Assembly (NCBI RefSeq): GCF_001194135.2
Contig: NC_068982.1
Coordinates: 109,391,179-109,449,639 of the forward strand
Reading direction: 5' to 3'
Source: Octopus bimaculoides
Lineage: Eukaryota
DNA length: 58,461 nt
Under the pieces are notes generated by a model. It saw only the letters and a program-made list of their open reading frames with translations, was not told the origin of the DNA and made no database searches. Position numbers and translations under genes: made by a program. Shown here in pieces: positions 23,897 to 37,490 of the stretch (positions are counted from its first letter, which is position 1; every line of letters begins with the position of its first letter).

Positions 23897-24890
23897 CAGG
23901 GGCTGGACAAAATAATGGAAACATCTTAAAATTTCAAACAAATTTATTTTGATATGGGGTAGGATCGCCTTTGGCAGTAATTACAGCTTGAATTCTACGA
24001 GGTATGGACTCGCACAAAGTTTGAATTGTTCTCAAAGGAATTTCTGCTCATTCTTCAGTCTTCAGTTCTTGTAGTGAAGATGGTGGAGGATATCGACTCC
24101 TTACTTGTTTTTCTAAAATGCATCATAAATGTTCTATAATATTGAGATCTTGGGACTGTGGTAGTCAGATAAGATGTTCAACTTCACTAGAATGTTCCTC
24201 GTACCATTCAGTAACAACTTTAGCTGTGTGAACTGGGCATTATCATCCTGAAAGATCGCGTTTTTCTCCGGAAACAGTTCCGCAACCATAGGATGAATTT
24301 GATCACATAAAATGCTTAAATAGTCTTGACAATTAATTCTGCCATGAAGGGAAACTATTGAGCCGTCGGAATTCCAAAATGTAGCCTCCCAGATCATCAC
24401 AGATCCTCCTCCATGTTTAACAGTTGGAAGAAGGCAGTCTGGGTCAAATACTTCTTTTGGCTGTCTCCACGCGTATATACTTGGCCGGTGGTCGGAAATA
24501 AGGTAAAGGATGACTCATCCGAGAAAATAATATTCTTCCACTGCTCTAGGGACCAATTCTGTAGGTTTTTACTCCACTCTAAACGCTTTGCAACGTTTGT
24601 TTTTGAAAGTAGTGGCTTTCTGATTGCAACCCTCCCGTGATATCCGGCTTTGTGGAGATCCCGTCGAACAGTTTTTGTGGAAACTGCGTTCTCGAGGTGG
24701 TCATTAAGCTCTGCAGTAATTTTTGGAGCTGTACATTTGGGATCCTTTTTAACAATTCGCGCAAATGTCCGACGGTCCCTATCTGGAAGTTTTGGTTTCC
24801 TTCCGGAGTTTTGTTTCGATGAGGAGGTTTTTCCCTCTTTCTCAAAGGCTGTCATTACTTTCGAGACAGTACTTCATGATACACCAAACA
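23897..24890 (-). mobile_element. Decayed Tc1-like (DD34E) transposon, family A, 3' TIR intact
   Basis: TA|CAGGGGCTGGACAAAATAATGGAAAC TIR; motifs GRVAIRKPLL, IIFSDESSF, FQDDNA, IEHL and AKGDPTPY. The N-terminus is lost at a microsatellite/gap. Confidence 0.93.
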
Positions 24891-25285
24891 TATATATNNN
24901 NNNNNNNTGTATATATATATATCTATCTATCTATCTATCTATATATATATATATATACATAAGATACATTTTTTCCCATAAATATATGTGTATTAATATA
25001 CATTATGTCTCACTCAATAAATCTCTCTTTCTATTCGTCTTTCACACACAAGGCTGAAAGTTGTAAAGTATAAAACTATTATAATACTGAAGTGTAAGGT
25101 TGAAGTCATAGGTTTGCAAAATTGAATAGTGCGTGAAGAGAAATTAAAAATCATTGTATAAAACACGTTTTACCTCTTTAGAGAAATACTGAAAAATACA
25201 AAAAATACGAAGGAAAATAGTTTGAGAACAGTGTAAATATATTGCTGACTCATAATACACTTCCATGATCTGTATTCCATTTGAT

Positions 25286-25425
25286 ACATACATACATACA
25301 TGCATACATACATACATACATACATACATACATACATACACAGATGTATACATACATACATACATACATACATACATACATACATACATACATACATACA
25401 TACGTACATACATACATACATACAT
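25286..25425. repeat. (TACA)n microsatellite
   Basis: Directly visible. Confidence 0.97.
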
Positions 25426-25805
25426 GACAGTTATGCTTACATTCATATATATATACAGGCACGCATAAAATAATTTAATATGTCATTGCCTCAGTTGTTG
25501 AAATGCAGCCACGCTGGGATATCGCCATTAAAGATTCAGTTGATTACATTGCCACCAATACTTCATTTAGTCCTTTACATGTACTATCGCTTCCTTATTT
25601 TTGAATCGCTAAGTTACAATATATAAAAGGCACAAAATATAGACAAAGACGCACACTCATCCATGTACACATCTCCAAAGACGCACATATATTCACATGC
25701 ACATACACGCAAACACATGCATAGATTGCTGAACAAGTGACACAAGCATTCAATATTTGAAAATAATGATAAATATTTTTTTTTATAACTACTTTATAGA
25801 ATAAA

Positions 25806-26023
25806 GGCGGCGAGCTGGTAGAATCGTTAGCACACCGAGCGAAGAGCCTAGCGGCATTTTGTCTGTCTTTACCTTGAGAGATCGAATGCTGCCGGGGTCA
25901 TCTTAGCATTCCATCTTTTGGGAGTCGATAAAATAAGTACCAGTTGAGCACTGGGGTAGATTTAATCGACTTACTCTCTCCTCGAAACTGCTGGCTTTGT
26001 GCCAAAATTTGAACCAATAATTA
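25806..26023 (+). mobile_element. tRNA-derived octopus SINE (family 1)
   Basis: ggcggcgagctggtagaatcgttagcacaccgagc... homologous to 4210-4429. Confidence 0.9.
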
Positions 26024-26404
26024 CCTTATAAAATCAATAGAATGTTCTGCGTTTCCAGTAAACGCGTGTGAAAACTAGTACATAAATGTATCAAAGAAAT
26101 ANNNNNNNNNNNNNNNNNNNNNNNNNNNNNNNNNNNNNNNNNNNNNNNNNNNNNNNNNNNNNNNNNNNNNNNNNNNNNNNNNNNNNNNNNNNNNNNNNNN
26201 NNNNNNNNNNNNNNNNNNNNNNNNNNNNNNNNNNNNNNNNNNNNNNNNNNNNNNNNNNNNNNNNNNNNNNNNNNNNNNNNNNNNNNNNNNNNNNNNNNNN
26301 NNNNNNNNNNNNNNNNNNNNNNNNNNNNNNNNNNNNNNNNNNNNNNNNNNNNNNNNNNNNNNNNNNNNNNNNNNNNNNNNNNNNNNNNNNNNNNNNNNNN
26401 NNNN

Positions 26405-26704
26405 GTGAGTGTTTATTGAGCGAAAATACCTAAAGCTCCACGAGGCTCCGGCAGGTGGCGAACCCTGCTGTACTCTTTCACCACAACTTTCTCTCACTCT
26501 TACTTCCTGTTTCTGTTGTGCCTGTAATTCAAAGGGTCAGCCTTGTCACACTGTGTCACGCTGAATACCCCCGAGAACTACGTTGAAGGTACACGTGTCT
26601 GTGGAGTGCTCAGCCACTTGCACGTTAATTTCACGAGCAGGCTGTTCCGTTGATAGGGTCAACTAGTACCCTCGACGTCGTAAGTGACGGAGTGCCAACA
26701 ACAA
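26405..26704 (+). mobile_element. tRNA-derived octopus SINE (family 3); head lost in gap
   Basis: Reverse complement of 37491-37826. Confidence 0.9.
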
Positions 26705-27249
26705 AAGTGAGCAGGGTTAACTGAAAGTATATCATTAGACATAACGAATAATGTGGCGGTAGGCAAAGAAAGTATTAAAATTGCCGTGAAAAATATTGAA
26801 GATAAAATAAAATTTATTGATAATGAAGGGAAGGAAAATTAAAAATATAAAACAGTGGTATGCGGGGTAACCAAAGAGGTTTGAGATTTGAAAATGGTTT
26901 GAAGAAGTTAAAAATGCTAAACCTAATGTTAGTAAAATCTGAAAGAGATGGAGAAATAGTTATGAAAATATCTTATACTCTGTTGCAGTGTGACAGTCTG
27001 GCATTACCAATGTGGGGCTACTGTCATGTGGATGATCTCTTAAATGTGCTTAAGTGTAGAAAGGTTCTAAACGCCTCTCACTGACGTTTAAGTGAGTGAT
27101 TGATTCCAGGAAGCTCTTTTGTATAAGCCTGCATTAGCTACCTTTCGACCGCAAAATTTGCTTCAAAGTAAACAAGATACTTGCCTCTGGTGAGATGCAG
27201 TGAAACCAGACTAGTTACAAAACCAATTTCGTATGAACAAAGACATACG

Positions 27250-27288
<39 letters not shown>

Positions 27289-27298
27289 NNNNNNNNNN

Positions 27299-27354
<56 letters not shown>

Positions 27355-27425
27355 TTATATACATGTATATATACTATAAATAATGTGGGTGCTTATTAGC
27401 AATTTAGAACCTAAAGGCAAATTTG

Positions 27426-27730
27426 TAGACATCACTAAAGTGAGAGAGGGTACTAGTGGTACCAGCATTGTTAGAAATAAAGCACTATCTTAGTAAATTG
27501 ACATGGGAGACAAAGTTCCCTACGGTCGTAGATGTAACCCTAGGCGCAGTAAGAACCACTAACGAGAAATAAGATGCTCTGCATCAAAATTCAAAATCAC
27601 GGGATATGGCCATATCTGCGACCGTAGGGAACTTTATATCCCTTGTCAACTTACTAAGATAGTGCTTTTGTGGCTAATTTCTAGCAATGCTGGTACCACT
27701 TTGAACCCACTGTCACTTTAGTGACGTCTA
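27426..27730. mobile_element. TA-flanked MITE with ~110-bp imperfect terminal inverted repeats
   Basis: tagacatcactaaagtga / tcactttagtgacgtcta; agtggtaccagcattg / caatgctggtaccact; aaagcactatcttagtaa / ttactaagatagtgcttt; aaagttccctacggtcg / cgaccgtagggaacttt. Confidence 0.88.
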
Positions 27731-27748
27731 TGAAGATATATATATATT

Positions 27749-27786
<38 letters not shown>

Positions 27787-28211
27787 NNNNNNNNNNNNNN
27801 NNNNNNNNNNNNNNNNNNNNNNNNNNNNNNNNNNNNNNNNNNNNNNNNNNNNNNNNNNNNNNNNNNNNNNNNNNNNNNNNNNNNNNNNNNNNNNNNNNNN
27901 NNNNNNNNNNNNNNNNNNNNNNNNNNNNNNNNNNNNNNNNNNNNNNNNNNNNNNNNNNNNNNNNNNNNNNNNNNNNNNNNNNNNNNNNNNNNNNNNNNNN
28001 NNNNNNNNNNNNNNNNNNNNNNNNNNNNNNNNNNNNNNNNNNNNNNNNNNNNNNNNNNNNNNNNNNNNNNNNNNNNNNNNNNNNNNNNNNNNNNNNNNNN
28101 NNNNNNNNNNNNNNNNNNNNNNNNNNNNNNNNNNNNNNNNNNNNNNNNNNNNNNNNNNNNNNNNNNNNNNNNNNNNNNNNNNNNNNNNNNNNNNNNNNNN
28201 NNNNNNNNNNN

Positions 28212-28264
<53 letters not shown>

Positions 28265-28382
28265 GTATATATACATACGTATGTATATATATACACGCAC
28301 ACATACGCCGCGCACACACACACACACATATGCTGAATTGCGTCTATAACAGCCTTTTTATCTATATTTGTATATACTTCAT

Positions 28383-29568
28383 ATAGTTTCCCACGAGTCG
28401 TATTATTTCACAGTAGGTGTGATCGAAGCAATTCTCATAATTATAGACCTATTTCTAAGAGCTGCCACAAATATGTTATAATCTGTTATAGGTAAACAGA
28501 AGCTAACAACTGATCTAAAAATAACTTCTAAACCGAATAAACAATTTTTTAGTCATTTCTCAACTAGAATTCCCTAATAAAATAGAATACACTGTGAATA
28601 TATTTTGAATAAGCTGTTGTTGTTGCTGTTGTCGTTATTAATCATAATAATAATAGAATAGAACGTACACAATGACTTGCACTATTTAGTGTAGTGTCTT
28701 TACATTCTGAGTCAAATCATTTTACCCTTTTATCGCTCATATTTGAACAAGTATATTAACATAATATACTGTGAGCCATATGTATAAGCATACATACATG
28801 CATACATACATACATACATACATACATACATACATACATACATACATACATACGTACATACATACATGTATATGGACCACTACTTCGAAACTTGTAACTC
28901 CTCTACCCTGATTATAAATTTATACCCATAATCATTGGTGCACTCGGTTATGGTGCACTCGGTTATGGTGCACTCGGTTAAGTCACAGTCTGGAGAAGCT
29001 CGAATTTTGAAACAAAAACATATACCGAGTACACGAACTTCACTGATATAATCTGTAAGCGGAACAATAAAATTATGCCAGACTCTTTTCAAATTTGATA
29101 AGTAACAATTATTGTTGCTGTCATCCAAACTCCGATGATGGAGTTATATTTCTTTGCTAGAAACTAAATCCCGTATTTAAAAAGAATACTAATAAATAAA
29201 AAGAACAAAAAAGACACTCTTTTAAATGATTTTATTCAATGGACTGCTTCCATGTTGCGGCATCAACTTCGAAGATTTAATCTGTTGTATTGTGTTTATT
29301 AAATTATTTAACAACATGGAAAGAAACTCCGACTAAAAACGTAGCGTGATATTTAATAGTATCATACCAAGATTAAATGGTACTTTTGTATATCTATACA
29401 TTTAGCTAGCTATGTGTTATATTTATAAATCATTTATATATTTTCTCGCAAGCAATATAATTCAACCGTAAGTGTGATCGAAGCAGTTCTCATAATTAAT
29501 ATATTTTCTCACAAGCTATATTATTCAAAAGTAGATGTGAGCGAAGCAGTTCTCATAATTATAGACCT
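28383..29568 (+). repeat. Three copies of a ~63-bp unit (28383-28450, 29437-29499, 29500-29568)
   Basis: Shared core gtag.tgtga.cgaagca.ttctcataatt. Confidence 0.8.
28938..28981. repeat. 15-bp tandem repeat x3 (tggtgcactcggtta)
   Basis: Directly visible. Confidence 0.92.
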
Positions 29569-29657
29569 TACTGTAAAGACCGTCTTAAATATGATTTGTT
29601 CCACTTATTAAAAAAATGAAGCGATTAACTAATGATTATACACACACATATATATGT

Positions 29658-29690
<33 letters not shown>

Positions 29691-31905
29691 NNNNNNNNNN
29701 TAAAAGAAGGAGAGAGTGGGAAAGAGAGAAAGAGAGAGAGAAAGATAGAGAGAAGATTAACTGGTTAATTTAATGAAGTATGAACTATCTACTTATGGGT
29801 AATGAATTCAAATCCCCTTCAGGTATTTCATTGTGTTTATGGGTAGAATTTCGTATATTCATTGACTTTGTACATCACTGTTTCAGCAATAAATACGTTA
29901 TCAGCTGGAAATTTTCAGCTTCAAATCATAGTCTTCTAACCATTTCAATCCGCCTTCTGATGAATGGTGCAACAACCAGTTATACTCAGAGATTTCCCGA
30001 TAAGCTGACATTTTCCTCTCAATATAAGCATGCATATTAAGACAGGTTTCACCGTTTCACCCAACAGTTTAAGCTGTATAGTTATTCATTCGGGAGGCAC
30101 ATTCTGAGATACATCATAGCCTTCTGCTATCTGTTAATTTGCAATCCATGAGCCTGAAATCGCGTGAAATCGAGTACCTGCGAGTACCAAATTAGACGCT
30201 AATCTTTCTGTTTGCGTTTTTACTTTTTCTTCTAACTCATAACTATGCTTATAAATTTTGTAATAGAAGCCTTCTCATACTTACAAAAGTGGTTGTCTCA
30301 TTCTTTCTCATTCAATTCTTCAATGATTTTCTTTCCCCTTTCCCTTTCGTTCCAACCACATATACTATGTCAAAATTAGACACGTTACAGAATATTGAAA
30401 CAATATATGTAGTATAACGTATAGTATAATGATAAAATATAGAGGGGGTCAGCAGTAGCACATTACCATCTATTATTTTATTGACCTCCTCCAGATGAGT
30501 TAAATTGTAAAAACCAACCGTGGTAGCATAAATTCATCGATATCAATAACCTCAGTGTTTGCACAATCACTATATGTGCTTCCAGCCCCATATTTGAAAA
30601 CGGGATAAATCTTAATTCATCTAAAAAGCCATGAAGCAGTATTGTAAATAAGCCATAAACAACGCTTAATTTTTCTTCACTTCAAAAAGAGTTAAACCAT
30701 ATTCGAGGAATTTCCTGGTGTATTTTTAATTTTTCGTTCTGTTTAAATGCTTGCAGACAAATTAAAACCCCATTGGCACACTTTTCGTACCATGTCTACT
30801 TTACATCATCCACGGACTATGTTCTTGGATGTTTCAATCGTTATTATCATACCGTGAGCTGCTTAATAGATTACAACTGTTTAAACAGTAAAATAAAAAA
30901 ATAACTATAAAAAAAATTGAAAGAACGAAAACTTTTGGCATGAAATACAGTGGAACTAATACTACATATTAAAATTAGTTAGATACATCAACTGTTTGCT
31001 CAGCGGGGTATGTTCACATTCCAGAATTATCCGTACAAACTTACATCCGCATATTTACATATTCAAAAATACATATGTGTGCATATGTATGCGCATCCTT
31101 TAAGCGTATTTATATATATAACATCGTGATGAGTAGTGTAGCATAAAAAATAGGTCTCCAATGAAAAGAATATGCGACAAAAGTTTGTTTTCTGTCCATA
31201 TTCATCTCACTAAATCCATTAATACTCTTGGGAAAGACAAGAACGTCACAGATACACCTGCTGAAGTGAAAAGTAGCTGATCAACCATTGATTGATTCCT
31301 TTCACCCTTAAAGGTAAAGCAACTGAGTCTATTGGACTTGTACGTTACTTAAACAATATATACTTTTACATGTATTATTGTATTTGAATATATTTGTATA
31401 TTTGCCTTATTTATGTTAGCATATCTATGTCTACATATGCATAAATGTGCATGAGTATAAATATTTGAGCGTATATGAGAGCATTTTTAAGTATGTGTCT
31501 ACAGGCTTTTGCTTAATTAAGTATTAAAATATAAGAAAACTATATAAAACATTGTAGAAAGCGATGGCTATACATGCACTTTAGTTTCAGTAACTATATA
31601 GTTAGGACTGTAATAAAATCAAAGAATCACTTACGTTTTAATAGTATTCTGCCACAGAATTCGATATTGAGATAAATAATAATTTCATCTACCACCATTC
31701 ATGTCATTGAACATCAATGGTCAGAACAGTTAATGATTGAAATATGTAAAAGTGCAAAAAATTAAAAGAATAAAAGAATGAATAACAGAAGTAAGAGAAA
31801 AAAAAAATAAGAAAAACGAACGAAAGTGTTATTAAAGAATTATCCCAAATTCCGACTGCCTCCTTTTTCTCAATATACAATATCTGTACACCACTTCAAA
31901 CACTT

Positions 31906-31990
<85 letters not shown>

Positions 31991-32085
31991 GTGTGTGTGT
32001 GTGTATCTATCTATATTCTTTTATTCTTTTCTTTTATTCTTTTCTTTTATTCTTTTATTTTATTCATCTCTTTTATTCTTTTATT

Positions 32086-32652
32086 TGTTTGTTATTTGAC
32101 TGCAGCCATGCCGGAGCACCGCCTTTAGTCGAACGAATCGACCCCAGGACTTATTCCTTGTAAGCTTAGTACTTATTCTATCGGTTCTTTTGCCGAATCA
32201 TGTAGTAAGGAGGACTTAAACACACCAGCATCGGTTGTCAACCGATGGTGGGGTACAAACACAGACACACAAATACATATATATCCATATATACGACGGG
32301 CTTCTTTCAGTTTCCTTCTATCAAATCCACTCACAAAGCTTTGGTCGGCTCGATGATATAGAGGCCAAAGGTTCCACGCAGTGGGACTAAAACCGGAACC
32401 ATGCATTTGGGAGGCAAGCTTCTTATTTCTTTATTGCCCACAAGGGGCTACACACAGAGGGGACAAACAAGGACAGACAAACGGATTAAGTAGATTAATT
32501 GGTACTTAATTTATCGACCCATGAAAGGATGAAAGGCAAAGTCGACCTCGGTGGAATTTGAACTCAGAACGTAGCAACAGACGAAATACCGCTAAGTATT
32601 TCGCCCGGCGTGCTAACGTTTCTGCCAGCTTCTTACCACACATCCACACCTG
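32086..32652 (-). mobile_element. CORE-type tRNA SINE (family 2), interrupted by a family-1 SINE
   Basis: tgactgcagccatgccggagcaccgcc...gcttctttcagtttc...caaatccactcacaa...; the head resumes at 32631. Confidence 0.88.
32426..32630 (-). mobile_element. Family-1 SINE nested in the family-2 SINE
   Basis: Flanked by the direct repeat agcttctta (32417-32425 and 32627-32635). Confidence 0.88.
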
Positions 32653-33866
32653 TGATAAAATACCAGTAATACATAAGTTTAATACCGCTTAAAATTGTTT
32701 CAAACCATATTATACATAAACGATTATGCGTGATAAATAGTCTTTTATAAAAATGCATAGTTTATAACGCTTGAAGACGATGCTTTCTACACTATTTCAA
32801 GCATGTACATTTTATACAAGGCTGGAGAGAAATGCTGCTGGGACAATTCTAACCGCTATTATATTCATACATATGTCTTCATATTTGTTAATTGCAGTAC
32901 AGAAAACTGTCTGCACATTATCCCAAGAATTGAATGTTTTCATTCAAAAAATTCATAAATATCAGTTACTTTTAATTAATGACGGCAAAACATACGAATA
33001 ACAATATTTAGATAACTTTTACGAGATCTTTAAATAGAATATTTTATTTATACTGCATGGCGTTATATTGTATAATTTCTGCTCTTTGCCCAATAACCGC
33101 CTTGTATACACTCGTTTCATTGTTGTGCACTATCAATAACGGGTGTGTGTACACTCTGAGTCGCCTTCTTACGGTAAGACTCTTTTGCGAGTAATCCTAG
33201 TATCATTCTGGCAATGATATCATTCTTCGGAACAATGTAAAATATAACAGTTTATTTAGAGGTTACTGTGAATGAAATATTTCATGACAAATTTTTTAAA
33301 ATGTTAATTTATTTAAAGGACAAAAAAGAATAATTATTAGTCATCTTGGTTTATGAGTTGCATTTACAATCCTGTGCATTAATTTATGCAAAATAGGCTA
33401 ATCAAATCTATGGTGATATTTTTCCTTCTCCTCTTAATCAACACAGATTCAGATATTTTCTTTGCATAATTAGAGAAGTTTTCTACTTGGAATTTCCTAT
33501 ATTTGATATGTCCAGTAGAACTGGTTTTCAGTACATAGTAATTGAAATCGTTTTAAAGAGATGTGTGCTGACGTCATAATTTTATTACTTTTTTTCTCTC
33601 ATCCTTGACTTGTTATTTTACTGGTGCTACTTTAGTCATATATAAAGAAAATCAAACATTGCGAGGTTTCCTTTCATGATGTATGTTTGTTTAAGTATGT
33701 GTTTGTGTGTACTGGTGCGTACTGACGTGTATTCCCATGCCCCAAGTCAGTTGAGCACAGTATTTAGTCAACAATAGCCATTTGTAAAAAGGACACAGCG
33801 TACACAAAATGTACCTTTCAGTATTTTCACATCAACACATAACCACAGATTTATAAAGGAGGGAGA

Positions 33867-33909
<43 letters not shown>

Positions 33910-34185
33910 ACATACATACATACATACATACATACATACATACAAACACAATTCATACATACATTCACATATACACATATCGTTATATACGTGTATGCAT
34001 GTATGTCATTATTCAGTTTATTTCAAGATTTCTTGCCAATAGAGAAAGAACCAGTTTCTAACCTAGATCCAAGGTTCCTTCACTGAAATTTCAACATCAG
34101 CAACAGGGTATGTATGTATGTATGTATGTATGTATGTATGTATGTATGTATGTATGTATGTATGCATACATGTATATATGTATGT

Positions 34186-34754
34186 GAAGATTTGTATGTT
34201 TTATTGCGGGTATTCTCATGCATATTGTTATATATCTAGAGATGTTCATCTATATCTAAATGATAAACTTCTGGAAAGTTTTACAGATTTTTTATAGTTC
34301 CAGTGATGGATTGGATCTGTAGTCTTCGAATTAGCTTTCTCCTTTCTGGTTTTGAGAAGACTAATTTCTCAAGATCGGTATTTAGGCAGTGTGTTACATA
34401 TCCCAGGGCCCTAATAATTACAGGTATAAACCTGAACTTGTAATCTGGATAGAGTAACTGCAGATTTCTCAATAGTTAATCATAAGTGTTCTTTTTTCAC
34501 TGATCTTCAGCTTTATGTTAACATCCGCTGGGCAGCTAATTTCCACAACTGTGCACAGTTTCTTTTCTCCATCCCAAATCATTATATCAGGTCTGTTGTG
34601 CTTGCATTTTATTGAGGTCTTCACTGGTACATTCCACCAGTACTCCTTTTTATTATGAGTGGCTATGGCTTCTACCATATTGTGGGTTTTTATTTCTTTG
34701 TCCTCGGGATTATCCTTCCGACAGATTTCATTATAGAGTGTCCTAGCAACGTAG
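34186..34754 (-). mobile_element. 5'-truncated R4/Dong-like non-LTR retrotransposon (restriction-like endonuclease domain plus 3' UTR)
   Basis: YVARTLYNEIC...WWNVPVKTSIKCKHNRPDIMIWDGEKKLCTVVEISCP...IPVIIRALG carries the RPD..E RLE motif. One frameshift; AATAAA at 34200-34205 (minus); (TACA)n on both sides. Confidence 0.85.
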
Positions 34755-36383
34755 TATGTATGTATGTATGTATGTATGTGACAAAACTGGCGCCTTTGAA
34801 TTACAAGTATACTCTATCCAGCTGTCGTCATCACAGTTTCAATCTATCCGCCTTTTTTTGACTTTACGCGCCCAATAGACCACGCCGTGGGTTCAAACTC
34901 GGAATCTTCTGTTTGAAAAGCGACTTATTTAAACCACACGATTATAATGGATTGTACTTGTAATCAAAGATCCAGCTGTATCACCCACTCTGACTGCGCT
35001 CGAGAGTATTCATAGTTATTCTTTCAGTGATATCAGTGCTTTCTCTTAGACCAGTCGACTTCAGATATTCATTCAAAGATATCGCAATGTCTGTTTATTC
35101 TAAGACAACATGACATCATTATTCATACTGTTATAACAAATAGACATGGATTTAGACCTGACAACTACGTTGCTTATCTTTAGACAAAATTATATCATTG
35201 CATATTTTTAGACACGATTACATTTAGATACAACGTTGCTCAATATAAAATAAAAATACATACTGAAGTTTAACGGTGTCATTGGAAATATTAATATTAG
35301 AGTAAATCACTGTTCAATTGGAAGGATGAAGATACCGATGTTCCCGTCAAAAACAAAACAAAAAAAAAAGAATGAATGAAACGGGACCATGGTGCAACAA
35401 CCTCTACTTTGTTCGATACTTTTATGATATTTTCCTGATATTTTCTGTTTTTTTTTTTAAATGAAGATACGAAGACAAAACATATTGAGAAACTTCCTGT
35501 TGAGAATAAGATTTACCAAACATCTGGGGTGTTAAATAAGAGATTCAAGTTAAGATATTTCATATGGCACCCTACTGTTATAATCACAAGTGGCATTGAG
35601 TATTGCAGTAAGCTCAATCTATATTAGCAAATAAGAATTCAAAGCCTTTAAGTTTGGATGCCCTTATCTGAAAGTCTTATTTCACAATTAAAATAATATT
35701 TAATATTCTATCCATTCTGGCATATTCCTTAGCATGTTTCACATTTTATTTCAGATTATGTCCACACAACATATGATCTACATTTTTTAAATATTTTGTT
35801 GCTTTCTTTTCTAATTCCAGGCTTCAGTCACCCATCCGCTCTGTACAACCCTCCCTCTGTCATTTTCCCATTATCTTAAGCTATCAATTCACACAATCCG
35901 TTTATATATACATACATATCCCTATAGTTTCCATGTGTTCTCTTTCACTGTCAGTTGCAGACATGTACACATGTATATTCAAACGCATACACATATGTCC
36001 TTCCCACACTCTTTCTCCCCCTTCCTCAATATATATGCGTGTGCTTGTGTGTTTGTGTATGTGTGTGTGTTTGCGTGCGTGTGTGTGTACGAGGCAAAGT
36101 TTCCTTGTATTTGCACGAACATATAAGTGTATGCACATGCGTAAGAAAATGTGCGCTCTTTATTCTTTACGAGAGATTAATTTATTTCAGACTAGACCTA
36201 GATTAAAGTTAGCCACAAGTCATATATGGTTTCTTTTATCATGTTGCTTCCGGTGCATTCTTTACCTTTTTTTCCGGTTTTCAATTTAATCAAATTCTTT
36301 AAGTTTCTAAAGAATATGTTTGGTATTACGGCAAGAGAGAGGATTCGAGAATAAGCAATATTGTTTTAAAAAGTATGCTGCTG

Positions 36384-36441
<58 letters not shown>
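36384..36441. repeat. (CTA)n trinucleotide run
   Basis: Directly visible. Confidence 0.96.
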
Positions 36442-36861
36442 AAAACCAGATATTTTGCAGAGATATACTTAGACATAGGGTTCTTCATATCTTTCACATG
36501 GCTATAGGCTTAGTAAATGAAATTATTTGGCTAAAATACTGGATTGAAGCAATTTCTCAGTGAAGAATACAATCATTATGGCCAATAGTAACAATAATAA
36601 TACTTAGACCTAATTTGTTGGTTTATACGTGTGAAATAAGAACGTATAATGTTCATGCTTAGTGAGACAAAATTGCTCCATCCAGTAATCGGCACAGGGA
36701 ACCTAAATTGTCTTTGAGTCTCACTAGATATAAAAAATAAAGTAAAAAGAAAAGGCAATGGAAATAGATCATTACCCTGCAATTAACAAATTACAATATT
36801 ATAAATATTATACAAATAAATTCAATATGTTATGTCTATAGCTATCAATTTAAAAAAAATT

Positions 36862-37007
36862 AGGCGTGGCTGTGGAGTAAGAATCTTGCTTCCCAACCAC
36901 ATGGTTTCAGGTTCAGTCCCACAGCGTGTGACCTTGGGCAAGTGTCTTCAACTATAGCTGTCCTTGTGAATGGATTTGGTAGACGGAAACTGAAAGAAGC
37001 CCGCGGT
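36862..37007 (+). mobile_element. CORE-type tRNA SINE (family 2), 5' half
   Basis: aggcgtggctgtgg A-box, caggttcagtccc B-box-like, and CORE-like gtgaccttgggcaagtgtctt. Confidence 0.88.
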
Positions 37008-37490
37008 ACGTATATATATATATATATNNNNNNNNNNNNNNNNNNNNNNNNNNNNNNNNNNNNNNNNNNNNNNNNNNNNNNNNNNNNNNNNNNNNNNNNN
37101 NNNNNNNNNNNNNNNNNNNNNNNNNNNNNNNNNNNNNNNNNNNNNNNNNNNNNNNNNNNNNNNNNNNNNNNNNNNNNNNNNNNNNNNNNNNNNNNNNNNN
37201 NNNNNNNNNNNNNNNNNNNNNNNNNNNNNNNNNNNNNNNNNNNNNNNNNNNNNNNNNNNNNNNNNNNNNNNNNNNNNNNNNNNNNNNNNNNNNNNNNNNN
37301 NNNNNNNNNNNNNNNNNNNNNNNNNNNNNNNNNNNNNNNNNNNNNNNNNNNNNNNNNNNNNNNNNNNNNNNNNNNNNNNNNNNNNNNNNNNNNNNNNNNN
37401 NNNNNNNNNNNNNNNNNNNNNNNNNNNNNNNNNNNNNNNNNNNNNNNNNNNNNNNNNNNNNNNNNNNNNNNNNNNNNNNNNNNNNNNNNN

